Part shown: positions 36,925-51,200 of the stretch, one piece after another | Numbering within the stretch: position 1 is the first letter of the stretch | Layout of the letters: each line of letters opens with the position of its first letter | NCBI GenBank assembly: GCA_002269645.1 | Contig: NIVC01000936.1 | Location: 157,530 to 221,529 of the forward strand | Source: Macrostomum lignano | Taxonomy: Eukaryota | DNA: 64,000 nucleotides | Direction of reading: 5' to 3' | The notes under the pieces: generated by a model | What the model was told of the DNA's origin: nothing | Databases searched by the model: none | Seen by the model: the letters and a program-made list of their open reading frames with translations, nothing else | Program-made: the position numbers and the translations under genes

Positions 36925-39900
36925 TTACGACAGCAGGTCGGGCGACACAACGGAGACGCCCTCAGCGGCTACGGCAGCCGCGGCCGCGGCAGCTGCCGCC
37001 GCAGCCGCCGCAGTCGAATGATGATGAAGATGATGCTGGTGCTGGTGATGCTGGTATCCTTGATGATGCGAGCTGGGCCCGACAGCGTGATGATGCAGCG
37101 ACTGCTGCTGCTGCTGCGGCTGCTGCGACTGTGGCGGCGGCGAAACTGCCTGCTGGCCGATGCCGCTGCCGCCGTACATGTAGTGGGCAGCCGAGGCGGC
37201 ATGGGCGGCAGACATCATCATGTGCGGATGCTGGAAGCCGGCCAGCATGTCCTGGCCAGGGTAGGCCGCGTGATGATAGCCCTGGTAGGACAGGGCGGCC
37301 GCCGCTGCCGCGCTGGGGAAGCCTGCGGATTGTGAGCGATGTGGATTTATGGTTTGGGATCTGGGATTTGGGATCTGGGATTTGGATTCTGGGATTTGGA
37401 ATCTGGGATCTGGAATCTGGGATTTGGGATATGAGATTTGGGATCTGGGTTTGGGATCTGGAATTTGGGATCTGGATTTGGGATCTGGGATTTGGGATCT
37501 GGGATTTGGGATTCGGGATTTGGGATCTGGGATTTGGGATCTGGGATTTGGGATCTGAGATTTGGGATCTGGGATTTGGGATCTTTGGCTGCATCACAAA
37601 TGTACTGCTTTATTTTTAAGTTTGAATTTTGATGGTTGATTATCTCAGTCGATAGAAAGGCCAATTCTCACCTGCTCTGCCGTAGGCCAGCTGCTGCGTC
37701 TCCATGGTATAGGGTGAATAGGCGGCTGCTTCTGGACTGTAGCCGTGGGGTCCTGTGGTTCGGGATTGTTGCAAGAGATTATGAATTTAGCACGGGGAAT
37801 TCGGGTCCTAAATGGCCATTAATTATTTGGAATTGATTGGGGAAATGAATAATGGGACTTATGATTCGGGAATTGAATTCGAGATTTGGAAATCGGATTT
37901 GGGATTCGGGAATGGGATTTTGGATTCGGGAATGGGATTTGGGATTCGGGAATGGGATTTGGGATTCGGGAATGGGATTCGGGATTCGAGAATGGGATTT
38001 GGGATTCGGGAATGGGATTCGGGATTCGGGAATGGGATTTGGGATTCGAGAATCCAATTTGGGATTTAGTTGGGATTTTCGGGTATGGGACTGGGATTTA
38101 GGTAGCAGGAATTGTGGAATTTAAGAACGAAATTTTCTTGTTTGAAATCAGTTTTTGAATTTGATAAATTGTGACAAATTTTTCCGATTTAAAATTTGTT
38201 TTTTTCAATTGCTACAAGTTCAGCTGCCGTCTGCAGTGCCAACAGCCCAGCTGTCCGAATCCCACCCGCTGCCCCGTTGTCGGATTTGATTTTGCTGTGA
38301 GATCCTTGAGCAGGATATTGGGCGCGATGAGGTTGTGACAGATTTATGAGCTCCGAGCGGTCAGCAGTGGGGATCACCTGGGGGGAGCGGCTCTTCCGCC
38401 ATTGATTTTCCATTTTCTAGCGTGTTTTTTTTCAGTTTCAGAAAAACTCGTCAGTTTTTTTGCTGACTCTTTTTCTAAAATTGTCTGTCTTTCTCTCGCT
38501 GAGGGGGGGGGGCAGCGGATCCGAACCCCAGCCCCCCGCTTTCAGACAATTGTAAGCTATGCATCTGCCCATGCCAGCCTGGTTTTTGAAAAGCTAGATT
38601 GGCCAATTGCATTCGACGTAGAAAAATAAAATTTTGTTTTAATTGACTAAACAGTAACTTTAAGAGGGAGCGGAGGGAGCGGAGGGAGCGGAGGGAGCGG
38701 AGGGAGCGGAGGGAGCGGAGGGAACGGAGGGAGCGGAGGGAGCGGAGGGAGCGGAGGGAGCGGAGGGAGCGGAGGGAGCGGAGGGAGCGGAGGGAGCGGA
38801 GGGAGCGGAGGGAGCGGAGGGAGCGGAGGGAGCGGAGGGAGCGGAGGGAGCAGAGGGAGCGGAGGGAGAGTAGGGAGCGGAGGGAGCGGAGGGAGCGGAG
38901 GGAGCGGAGGGAGCGGAGGGAGCGGAGGGAGCGGAGGGAGCGGAAGCGAAATTCCTGGAATTCAACGATTCGTATCACTACAATCAGGCCGCAGTTGTCT
39001 GGAAACAAGGGCTTAGGGGGAAGCTGCTGCGACTCCAGACTCTGGCCCTGGGTCTCCTTGGGCGGCCACTTTGAGCCCCCATCATTGCAGGAGGCTACAA
39101 TTCCAAATCCGACTGAGCTTTGAGCAGCCCCCCCCCCCAAAACCCCCGATCCAAGGCCAAGCCCGGCTGGTCCCAAGGCGGAAGTTCAAGCAGCGCGGCC
39201 GATCAATCAAAAAAGCGAGGCTGGCGGAGGTTTTGACAATAAAATTGGCGCGCCACCAGCAGCCAGCCATCCAGACAGACACAGGCCGCTCCTGAGTCCG
39301 TAATAAGCGGTATCGTTTCACTGGAGCTGCTCTCTCTTTCACATGCACACACAGTGAGTGAATAGAGAAGCAGACCATTGCAGAGCGTATTTTTCTGCTG
39401 GGTCATTCAGTGGGCGTCATTTCTATGCTATCATTGCGGGGGGGGGGCGACAGTCCTCGGTCTCGCTATGGCACAGTTAATTGGGGGAGGCGAGCTGGTG
39501 CGAACTGGGTGGCCCGCCCTGTGTTTATGGATAATTATCAATCACTGATAATAATTTATCCCTTTGATTTTTTCCTGCGGTCGCCGGCGGCCAACGGGCA
39601 GACGCAAGACAATGAGTGCGAGAGCGGAGTTGATTTAGGATGCCAGGCTGCGATCCGGTATTTGGGATTTGGGATTTAGGAGCTGGAAGCTTCGAAATAT
39701 GTCATTTAAGATTGGGATCTGGGATTTGGAATATTGGATTTGGGATTTGAGATTATAGATTATGACTTGGGATTTGGAATATTGGATTTTGGATTTGGGA
39801 TCTGGGATTTGGGATCTGGGGTTTGGGATTTGGGATCTGGGATTTGGGATCTGGGATTTGGGATCTGGGATTTGGGATCTGGGATTTGGGATCTGGGATT

Positions 39901-42900
39901 TTGGATTTGGGATCTGGGATTTGGGATCTGGGATTTGGGATCTGGGATTTGGGATCTGGAATTTGGGATCTGGAATTTGGGATCTGGGATCTGGGATTTG
40001 GGATCTGGAATTTGGGATCTGGAATTTGGGATCTGGGATCTGGGATTTGGGATCTGAGATTTGGGATATAGGATTTGGGATCTGGGATCTGAGATTTGGG
40101 ATATAGGATTTGGGATCTGGGATTTGGGATATAGGATTTGGGATCTGGGATCTGGGATTTGGGATCTGGAATTTTGAATCAGGGATTTGGGATCTGGAAT
40201 TTAGGATTTGTGATCTACGATTTGAATCTGGGATCTGCGATTCGGAATCTGATATTTTGTGTTAAAGTCTATCGTTGAAATATCTTGTATTAGGACTCTT
40301 TGTTTGCAATATTGGTCACTGATTATATTTGAAACAAACAAACATAGTAATTCATCAGTTGGAAAGACAGTCTCACCTGCTCGATTTGATTGGTCAATCA
40401 TTGGCTGGACAATTCTTCTCCTGGCGTTGATGAACCTGAAGAATCGTTAATAATGTCATGTTAGCATACTGTGAGGACAGGTGCAGTCAGGTACACAGAT
40501 GCGGGCCGCTCACCAATTGTTCACCTGCAGTATGGTCAGACCGGTGTCCGAGGCCAGCTGTTTCTTCTGCTCCTCAGACGGGTAGGGATGCTGAAATCGG
40601 ATGAGGTTGGGGATTTAGCTGGGTTGATGGTGAGTCCCTGAGAGTTAAAGTATAATTTTCTCCTCACATTGAGATGCTGGAACAGCCAGGCGCGCATAAT
40701 GTTGGTGGCGCATTTCGGGAAGATGCCGCGCTTCTTCTGCCGTTTGGCGCCTTTCTCGTCCGCATCGAGATCGTCCGTGTTCTCGCCGCTGCCCACGGAG
40801 TTGTCCATGCCGTCGCCTGCGGGGCCGTGGAAAATTTGGGTTGAACCTCATATTGGAGTTGAGGCAGCGGAGTGAAGAGGAGGGAGCGGAGGGAGCGGAG
40901 GGAGCGGAGGGAGCGGAGGGAGCGGAGGGAGCGGAGGGAACGGAGGGAGCGGAGGGAGCGGAAGGAGAGTAGGGAGCGGAGGAAGCGGAGGGAGCGGAGG
41001 GAGCGGAGGGAGCGGAGGGAGCGGAGGGAGCGGAGGGAGCGGAAGGAGAGTAGGGAGCGGAGGGAGCGGAGGGAGCGGAGGGAGCGGAGGGAGCGGAGGG
41101 AGCGGAGGGAGCGGAGGGAGCGGAGGGAGCGGAGGGAGCGGAGGGAGCGGAGGGAGCGGAGGGAGCGGAGGGAGCGGAGGGAGCGGAGGGAGCGGAGGGA
41201 GCGGAGGGAGCGGAGGGAGCGGAGGGAGCGGAGGGAGCGGAGGGAGCGGAGGGAACGGAGGGAACGGAGGGAGCGGAGGGAGCGGAGGGAGCGGAGGGAA
41301 CGGAGGGAGCGGAGGGAGCGGAGGGAGCGGAAGGAGAGTAGGGAGCGGAGGGAGCGGAGGGAGCGGAGGGAGCGGAAGGAGAGTAGGGAGCGGAGGGAGC
41401 GGAGGGAGCGGAGTCAGCTTGGTGAGGGTGGTGGTGCAAAATGCATGGGAGAGTCCTGAAGTCCGTTACCTACCAAGATATCTCTTTCGCAGCTGGTTGG
41501 CCATCTTAGGCGGGATATTTTTAACAATTTAGTTCACGCGCTTCAAAGCACGGGTTGATTATACGGACTTTCTCTCTTGGCTTTGAGTATCGAGTCACGG
41601 CCTCTACCGATTTCGAGTTGTTGAGGGGTAGTTATAATCGTTTTAAGGTAGAGAGAGGGAGGCAGGGAGCGGCGCCCAGTCAATATTTGAGCAAAGTTTG
41701 CCGGTGCGCTAAGAGAAACGGGCGAGAGAGAGAGAGGGGGAGAGAGAGAGAAAAAGAAGGGAGACGGAGATGGGGCTACAGACCAGTCTGCAGTCTGCCG
41801 GTTTCCCAGACTCTCTCCTTCGTCTCTGTATTTGCGTCGACCTCTCAAATCGGGACTCTATGGGGTCAGGAGAATCAAGTGGTAACAGAGTCTCAGCAGC
41901 GCCCCCACCAATGTTGACATTTGTTGCTAGAGAATCTCTATTACACAATGCATATAAAACTTAGAGGCTGGCCTCTCGTTGGGATTAAGAAGCAATTTGT
42001 AGTATCGAAGAGTTGAGTAGATTTGAGTAGGGGGGGGGGGGGTTGCGGCTGGGCAGAGGGGGCCATCCATCACCCCGGGCGTGTACGCATCTGGATTTTG
42101 CGAGTTTCGCTCTTCATCAGTCAGCAGCCTCTTCATCTGTACTCATTTGCACTCATTTGACTTTCTCTACCGAATGCGCTGGCCAGTTTATTAATTCCTT
42201 CTCCGAGCTTTTCTTAATCCCAATCTCCATTAAAACTGGGATTTAAAAAAACAAATCCCAGGTAACTCAACGCCTGTCACGGACAGCAGCTACAAGGACG
42301 CTGATGATGCCGAGCTGTCAGCGCCAACTTTCAACTGTCTGTCCCAGGCTGTAATCCCCCCCGGATTATCTAGTCACAGATTATTTACTTTTCTTCACCG
42401 AGTGAGTTGATCAGCCGAGGATGTCTCATTGCGGCGGATCTGCTAATTAACTACTGATTAGACTCTAATCTGCTTAATGAGCCGGCTCCGACTGACCTAT
42501 GACTGACACATGACTGACCTTTGACTGACACATGACTGACACACGACTGACACATGACTGACACACGACTGACCTATGACTGACCCATCACTGATCCATG
42601 AATGACACACGACTGACCCATGACTAACCTGGCCAGGGCGCCAGCGGCCCTCTGGCGAATATTATTGTTATTACTACGAGTGACCCACTACTGACCCATG
42701 ACCCAATCAAGACTGACCCATGTCCGAGCTGGTGTCCGGCTGCGAGCAGTGACTGTCCAGCCTGGGTCCGGGCGTGTCGCCTGAGCGAGTCGACTGCGAG
42801 TCGTTGTCGGGCATCGCCATGGGGGCCAACTGGTGCATGGCGAACATCTGCTGCTGCTGCTGCTGGTGATGGTGAAGCTGGTGGGGGTGCTGTTGCTGAT

Positions 42901-45177
42901 GCTGATGATGCTGCATGTGGTGATGCTGAGGATGCTGATGATGAAGCTGATAATGGCTGCTGACTGGCGGCGACAACTGAAACAAAGTTCGAACGAATGA
43001 GTTTTTTGAATGTTAATTATCTCATGACAGATCCACGACTGCCGTATGACTGACCCATGACTGACCAATGACCAATGACTGACCCATAAATGACCCATGA
43101 CTGACCCATGACTGACCCTGACCCATGACTGACCCATGACTGACCCTGACCCATGACTGACCCATGACTGACCCTGACCCATGACTGACCCATGACTGAC
43201 CCATGACTGACCCTGACCCATGACTGACCCATGACTGACCCATGACTGACCCAGGACTGATCCAACCTGACCCATGTCAACTTCGCTGCATGAAAACCTT
43301 CAACCGAGCCATGAAAATCCATGATTAAGCCATGACTAGTCATGACTTAAATAGTCAGAAGTCTGGCCCAAACGCAGTTTTCTGTTCGGCTGCCACTAAT
43401 TCTGCTTTGAGAGGCAGACAACTCCAATTTTCTCTCTCAACACACAAGAGCAGCCCGCCGGGCCCCCTTGTCGTACTGAAGAGCTACTCGATGTCAGCTC
43501 CGACCCTCTTGACCACCAGACACGAGACCCGAAGATCCCCTGACCAGTTAAAGTCTGGACTGGCCCTCGTTTGCAATCTCAAATTCGAGGAGCTCCCAGC
43601 TTCGGTTTGGCCCTACTCGAACTCGCGAAAAAATAAATGCTCATATTTATAATCCAGCGGATTATCGCCGGCTCTCAATTTCGACAAGTCAATCGAGTTA
43701 AACAAAGCCCTTAGGCGTGAGAGTTTTTGCCTGTGGGGTCACGCGTCAGACTGTTACACCTCACTGCACTCACACGCACGCTCACACCGGGTGTACAGCG
43801 GTCCTGACTTTCTAATCATCAGGCATGTACACTCTCTCTGTGAATCACAAAGCCCCAAGCCCCAACTCAATGTGTTCGCGGCTAACTTGCGGGCGGTGCC
43901 CAAAGCCAGCCGCCCCCCGCTGCGAACTAAACTAACTTGTCTACCGTCTGTCTATCAGTCTCAGCCGCTGTTACTTTCAAGCCCCATCTTCTCCGTTGTG
44001 AATTTCTGTCTCCATTGCGGCGCCCGCCCAGTCTGGAGCATAGCCGGAGCCGGAGCGACTCTCTTCAAACTTTCTATTTACCGAGGTTCGCTCTGTCAAG
44101 TCTGCGCAGCCATTTAATATTTTCTTTGCTAGTCTACCAAACGCAGGCATCAAAGGGACGCCGCTTAGCCAGTGCGGCTGGGACTCTGGCTTTGTCTCTC
44201 TATGATTTTGAAATTTTTCGGAATATCTGATGACTTTTAGTCGGCGGGTCTGCCGCCAGAGGGTCTGATGCTGCCACGGAGTTAAGAATTTTTGACTCTC
44301 AGCTTCCCACAGTCTGTGTTCTGCGACATCATCGAGCGCGCATCGGTTGTGTCGCGTCAGGAGCGGTTTTTTTCTTGCTAAATCTCGAACTCTGCCGGCT
44401 AAGCATTCCTGGCCAGCTCGCCAGTGGTCACCTATGGCATATAGTCGGTTAATAAGCTTGCAGAGGTGGCTGAAGGTGATTTCAAGGGCTGCCCAGCCCA
44501 GTTGACAAACCTGTAATTATTGATCAACAACCAACTGCAACTGCCATCATGAGCCCCCGTAATCTGAGCCGCGGGGGCCTTCAGGGGGGAAAGTGGGTGA
44601 GCAGTTTATGTTTGTGTGTGTGTGTGGGATGAGAGTGGGCGGGTCCTGACCCTGAAGCTTGTGAAGGGCTGCGCCCCCTCACCCACCGGAGAGGCCCTCC
44701 GCCAGTTGGTGCCCCAGCAGAATCCCATTAATCAAACTGTCAGATACTCGTCACTGAATTCGGCCCGACGATCTTCATCGCTTCGGGTCCGAAACAGAGG
44801 GTGGGGGCGGCTCCAGTCCAGACCGAGAGACAACACATAGGGCAACTGAGTGAATGAATCTGGCCACTTTCCATTTCTCTAACCGCCCCTCCCCCCCTTA
44901 GGTGTGTTTCTTCCGATATCTATATCTGGCCAGTGTAAGCCGGGGGTGTAAACAAGCGCAACAGCTGGCCGCCCCTCTTGAAAGGGGAAGAAAGTGGACA
45001 AGATCTGTTGTTTGGCCCGTCCCCCCGAACCAGCCTGCAGACCCCGATGCCTGGGACAACAACGTCTCGATGGCTTGGTGCGATAAGGACCCGGGGCCCC
45101 CGCCGTCCCCCCCAGCACCAACTAACCCAGCGGGGGGCGGAGTGAAAACGTAAACTCACCATAGTGGGGGGTAGCGG

Positions 45178-45213
<36 letters not shown>

Positions 45214-48200
45214 TGGCGGCGGCGGCAGAGTCTGCAGCTGCTGAGCCGCCTGAAGGTTGTGACTCGACGGCGACAGGCAGGCTTGTTCGGCCGAAGTTGT
45301 CAAGCAGTCGATGCTGCTAGCGGCGCCTGTTGGAGCAGCGGCCGACTGGCTGGACGAGCTCCCGCTGGCGTGGTGCTGGTGCTCATCTCGCTGGCCGCCG
45401 CCGGCGCCCTCCTCAACGACGAGGTCCATGGGCATCTTGCCCTTCAGGCAGGAGATGTAGCGTGAGCAAAAGTTGTCGCAGAGCTCATGCACCTTGAGCA
45501 GGGTTGAGTCATGCGGGTAGGGATGGAGAAGTGTGAAGCGTCGAAAAGTGCCGATTTGTTTGTTAGGAGGCGCACTTTTGGGTGTCAGAAAGCGCCTAGG
45601 TGTAATGTCAGACAGAGCCTAATTTAAATGTCAGACAGAGGCAAATCTAAATGTCAGACAGCCGCCTAATTTTAATGTCAGACAGCGCCTAATTTCAATG
45701 TCAGACAGAGCCAAATTTCAATGTCAGACAGAGGTAAATTTCAATGTCAGACAGCGCCTAATTTCAATGTCAGACAGAGGCAAATTTCAATGTCAGACAG
45801 AGCCAAATTTAAATGTCAGAAAGCCGCCTAATTTAAATGTCAGACAGCCGCCTAATTTCAATGTCAGACAGCGCCTAATTTCAATGTCAGACAGAGCCAA
45901 ATTTAAATGTCAGACAGCCGCCTAGTTTCAATGTCAGACAGAGCCAAATTTAAATGTCAGACAGCCGCCTAATTTTAATGTCAGACAGCGCCTAGAAGTG
46001 CCGCCCAAGTTGCCCTCCAACAAATTTCGCCCAACTGTTTGCGTTTGGGAAAGTCAACCACAAAACGCACGCACCGTCAGTTGCACCACGGTTTCGTAAT
46101 CAAAATCTGTTTACGCTTAGTTGTGCTTGATTTGCATTTTTGCAACCGAATTCTGCTCCCCCCTCCCTCCCTGGCGGACAGGTGGCAGGGAAGGGAAACG
46201 CGAAATCTCCCAGTTTGACAGGTCGTCAAACCGGCGCAGAGTCATTGCCCATTGTCTTATACAATGCTACCCGTCACCCACTATTATAAACACATTATGG
46301 CTATAAGTTGGCAACCAAAATAAGTTGGCACAGCTGATTTCTGGGGCAGGCAAAAGCTGAGCAGATGGTCAGTCAGCCAGTGATCCCGTGTCAAACGAAT
46401 TGTTAGGGACAGCATGCTCCGCTCACGAGGGAGTTGAAAAAAAATTCGTAAGGAATTTATTTAAGTTTAATATGAGAGTCCTTGCATCTAATTTAGCGGT
46501 TAATAAGGCGTGGAGTTTGGGGTCCCAGTGTCCAGACACCGGAACTGCCTGCACTCTAAACTGTGCAGGGCCCAGTTCCCTCACTCGGGTGCTTTTGCAT
46601 CAGAGAGAGGCTTAAGTTTAATCCGCCCTTGAGCCGTTTGAATATGATATCAGATAGCGGCTTCTGTGAAAAGAGCACAGAAGAGAAGACTTCATCCAGC
46701 TTCAAACGGGGAGACTTACCTTTTCAATTTCTAGCAGATGAAATCGAAGCACTTGGACAGCTTGAATCATCTGTAAAATTGTGTAAACATTTCTGGTTGT
46801 ACAAACTTTATTTCTCTTTTTCGTATGGCTAAATCGGGTGCCAAGGGTGTCAGGAGTGTCAGGGATGTCATGGGTGTCAGGGGTGTCAGGGTGTCAGGAG
46901 TGTCAGGGATGTCATGGGTGTCAGGGGCGTCAGGGTGTCAGGAGTGTCAGGGATGTCATGGGTGTCAGGGGTGTCAGGGTGTCAGGAGTGTCAGGGGTGT
47001 CAGGAGTGTCAGGAGTGTCAGGGGTGTCAGGAGTGTCAGGGATGTCATGGGTGTCAGGGGTGTCAGGAGTGTCAGGGATGTCATGGGTGTCAGGGGCGTC
47101 AGGGTGTCAGGAGTGTCAGGGATGTCATGGGTGTCAGGGGCGTCAGGGTGTCAGGAGTGTCAGGGGTGTCAGGAGTGTCAGGAGTGTCAGGGGTGTCAGG
47201 AGTGTCAGGGATGTCATGGGTGTCAGGGGTGTCAGGGTGTCAGGAGTGTCAGGGGTGTCAGGAGTGTCAGGAGTGTCAGGGGTGTCAGGAGTGTCAGGAG
47301 TGTCAGGGTGTCAGGAGTGTCAGGAGTGTCAGGAGTGTCAGGGGTGTCAGGAGTGTCAGGTGTGACATGGGTGTCAGGAGTGTCAGGGTGTCAGGAGTGT
47401 CAGGGGTGTCAGGAGCGTCAGGGGTGTCAGGAGTGTCAGGTGTGACATGGGTGTCAGGAGTGTCAGGAGTGTCAGGAGTGTCAGGAGTGTCAGGAGTGTC
47501 AGGAGTGTCAGGAGTGTCAGGAGTGTCAGGAGTGTCAGGAGTGTCAGGGGTGTCAGGGATGTCAGAATGTGTCAGGCGTGTCAGGATGTGTCAGGGGGTG
47601 TCAGGGATGTCAAGATGAGTCAAGCGTGTCAGGATGTGTCAGGGGGTGTCAGTCATTCGCTCACCACCGCGTCAAGATCCTGGTTGCCGCTATAGATGGA
47701 CTTGTCGGAGTTCTCCAGCTGCAAAGTGTAAAGAATTTCACTATCAATTGGATTCTTAGCATAGGATTTTCCTTTTGATTGACCAAGCGATCTAATTTTT
47801 AAGTTGAAGATTTTTTGGCTCCCAGAGAGAGAGAGTCAGTCAGTCCCGGTGACAGCTTGTTGCCAACCAAGAGTCGGGCACGGGGAAGCACGCGGCTTCC
47901 AAATTGAACTGAGGAATAATAGCGATGAAGAGGGTAGAGAGAGGTGGAGAGAGGAGGCTGCGGGGTCCCCGGCGGCCGGAAAAGCTGAGCAGCGGACTGA
48001 GCAGCGATCAAAGAGCTCCGCTGCTCACAGTTTCTCCAACGGCATTGGCAATTGTCAAGCCGTCGCGCTCTGGAACTGATCCCCCAAAGCATCTCCCCAG
48101 CATCCACCATCAGCTCACTCAGCTTCACGCCGTCTTCCTTCCTAGTCGGGTCCTCATTGATATGCCGTCTTATTCTTCAGACGATATGAAAACGGGAGGC

Positions 48201-51200
48201 CTGTGAGCCCCAGTCATGAGGACACAAAGAAATGCCGGGTCGGCAAAAAAATTTTTTCAAGAATCCTCTTGCACGATTCTCCAATACTTTTGACATGGAG
48301 AGCTGGCGGGCCCGCGGGTTCCCCCTGTAGAAAGAGGGAAGAAGCTGAAGCACTCACTTTTTTCTTCTGTTTTTCTTTCAAAAATTTTATGCTAAGGAAA
48401 AATACGTCAGGGGTGTGCGAATGTTTCGAGGGGTGTCGTGATGTGTCAGGGCGTGTCATGATGTGTCATGATGTGTCAGGGCGTGTCGTGATGTGTCAGG
48501 GCGTGTCATGATGTGTCATGATGTGTCAGGGCGTGTCGTGATGTGTCAGGGCATGTAATGATGTGTTTGGGGTGTCATGATGTGTCAGGGCGTGTCGTGA
48601 TGTGTCAGGGCGTGTAATGATGTGTTTGGGGGTGTCATGATGTGTCAGGGCGTGTCATGATGTGTCAGGGCGTGTCATGATGTGTCAGGGAGTGTCATTA
48701 TGTGTCAGGGCGTCAGGATGTGTCGATATTGATGTGTTATGATGTGTCAGGATGTGTCATGATGTGTCAGGGCGTGTCATAATGTGTCTGGGGTGTCAGG
48801 GAATGTCATAATGTGTCAGGGCGTGTCATGATGTGTCAGGAGGTGCCATAACTTGTCAGGGGGATGTACGGATGTGTCAGGTTTGTTGAAAAGTGTCAGG
48901 AACCCGTGAGCACCGGTGAGATGGTTGTTTATTTTTAGAATTTTCATAAAGCTAAGTTATGGATAATTCATTCAGCTGTAAGATGAAACGGAATTTAGAT
49001 TAAAATCTGTGACAAGGTGCTCTGAAAATTGCTTGTTTCGGGATCGAGATGGATTTTCTTGAGTTTAAGCCTAAATTTGTCAGTTCAAAATGCAAATCTT
49101 GAAGTATCTGGGCTTTCTGTAGTGGGCGAACACGAAATTCTTTCTAAGAAACGACCAAAATAGGTCGCTAATTAGCCCTGGGCGATGCACAGGACTTGAT
49201 GTCCGACAGCGTTAGGAAGGCTCTGCAACTATCGCATCCAAGGTGCTAATGACGTAACCATGGCAACCGAGAAAACTCCCCCCTCTCTCTCCCTAGACGG
49301 CAAGTCGAAGACCGCGGAGACCCGACCGACCGGAATTCTCCCGGCGGCTTTGAAGTCCCGCTCGGGCCGGGCCGGCCTCGACCTCATCAATCACGTCGGT
49401 TGGCTTTTTTCTTTAAGGCCTCGACGAGAAGTCGAAAATTAAACTCGGGGGGGGGGTGGTGGGGAAGCCAGCCAATTGTTTCATTCCCCCAGCTCACTCA
49501 TATTATACACTGTACTCCTACAGCTCAAGCCGATGCCTTGAATTGTCCCGTCCTAACTAAAGAAGAATAGCCGGGCCTCAACTTCCTCCTCATTTTCTGT
49601 GAAGAAGCGAGCAGGCAATATCGCCCTTCTAGGGGGGGGGGGCGCAGGGAACAGGCACGGCTGGGCCTTGCTTGTGTATTGCCAAAGCAGCAAAAAGCAC
49701 TGGGAATTGGGTGGGGGGAGCGGAGGGGATCGGAGGAGAGGCCGTGGACCATCAATCATGGGCTGTCAAAAGGCCCCGCACGCTGCCGCCCCCCCCCACA
49801 CACACCTGGTTTGTGCCCGATCCTTTCTTCTCTCTCTTCCTTTCTCTCTTCCTCTTTCTCTGCTTTTGGCTTTCCCTTCAGTTCCAAAAATTTCCCCCTC
49901 CTTTTCGCTTGGCTTCCTTCCTACACACCGCGGCCCGGGCTCCGCTCCCTGCTGCATAGATCTCTAAGAGCGAGCCGCCATGGTGTATGGGCTATAGATA
50001 GCTTGAATGCTTGCTCCATTTCGCCCGCCCCCGCCGCTGGGCCCCGCTGCAAAAGCAGCAAAATAGCAATCGAAACTTCTTGGAAAACAGGCCGGCTAAG
50101 CCTCCCTGTCTTTTGTGTTTTATTTGAAAATTTGTCAGGAAATTTTATAATTCGATCGCGTTTGGAAAGAAGTTGGATGGCCGGTGCGCTTGTACTGGGG
50201 TGTGATAAATTTTAGCTGAGATAGCCCCGTGTGCGGTCGGTCTGCATCAAGTGCAGATTTATAATCTACCATAAATTGTGATTACCGTGGAGTATACTGC
50301 AAAAGCAAGTCTTTAGGTTTCTATTTAATGGAAATCTATAAATGTAACAGTCTGGATAGAGTGATAGAACAGGCTGGATAGTGATAGAACAGTCTAGATA
50401 GAGTGATAGAACAGTCTGGATAGAGTGATAAAACAACCTGGATAGAGTGATAGAACAGTCTGGATAGAGTGATAGAACAGCCTGGATAGAGTGATAGAAC
50501 AGCCTGGATAGAGTGATAAAACAGCCTGGATAGAGTGATAGAACAGCCTGGATAGAGTGATAGAACAGCCTGGATAGAGTGATAGAACAGCCTGGATAGA
50601 GTGATAAAACAGCCTGGATAGAGTGATAGAACAGCCTGGATAGAGTGATAAAACAGCCTGGATAGAGTGATAGAACAGCCTGGATAGAGTGATAGAACAG
50701 CCTGGATAGAGTGATAGAACAGCCTGGATAGAGTGATAAAACAGCCTGGATAGAGTGATAGAACAGCCTGGATAGAGTGATAAAACAGCCTGGATAGAGT
50801 GATAGAACAGGCTGGATAGAGTGATAGAACAGTCTGGATAGAGTGATAGAACAGTCTGGATAGAGTGATAAAACAGCCTGGATAGAGTGATAGAACAGCC
50901 TGGATAGAGTGATAAAACAGCCTGGATAGAGTGATAGAACAGTCTGGATAGAGTGATAGAACAGTCTGGATAGAGTGATAAAACAGCCTGGATAGAGTGA
51001 TAGAACAGGCTGGATAGAGTGATAAAACAGCCTGGATAGAGTGATAGAACAGCCTGGATAGAGTGATAGAACAGTCTGGATAGAGTGATAGAACAGTATG
51101 GATAGAGTGATAGAACAGTCTGGATAGAGTGATAGAACAGTATGGATAGAGTGATAGAACAGTCTGGATAGAGTGATAGAACAGTATGGATAGAGTGATA

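Noticed and set aside
37350-40245. Telomeric repeats
   Set aside because: GGGATTT/GGGATCT is not TTAGGG on either strand; the arrays are intronic and degenerate.
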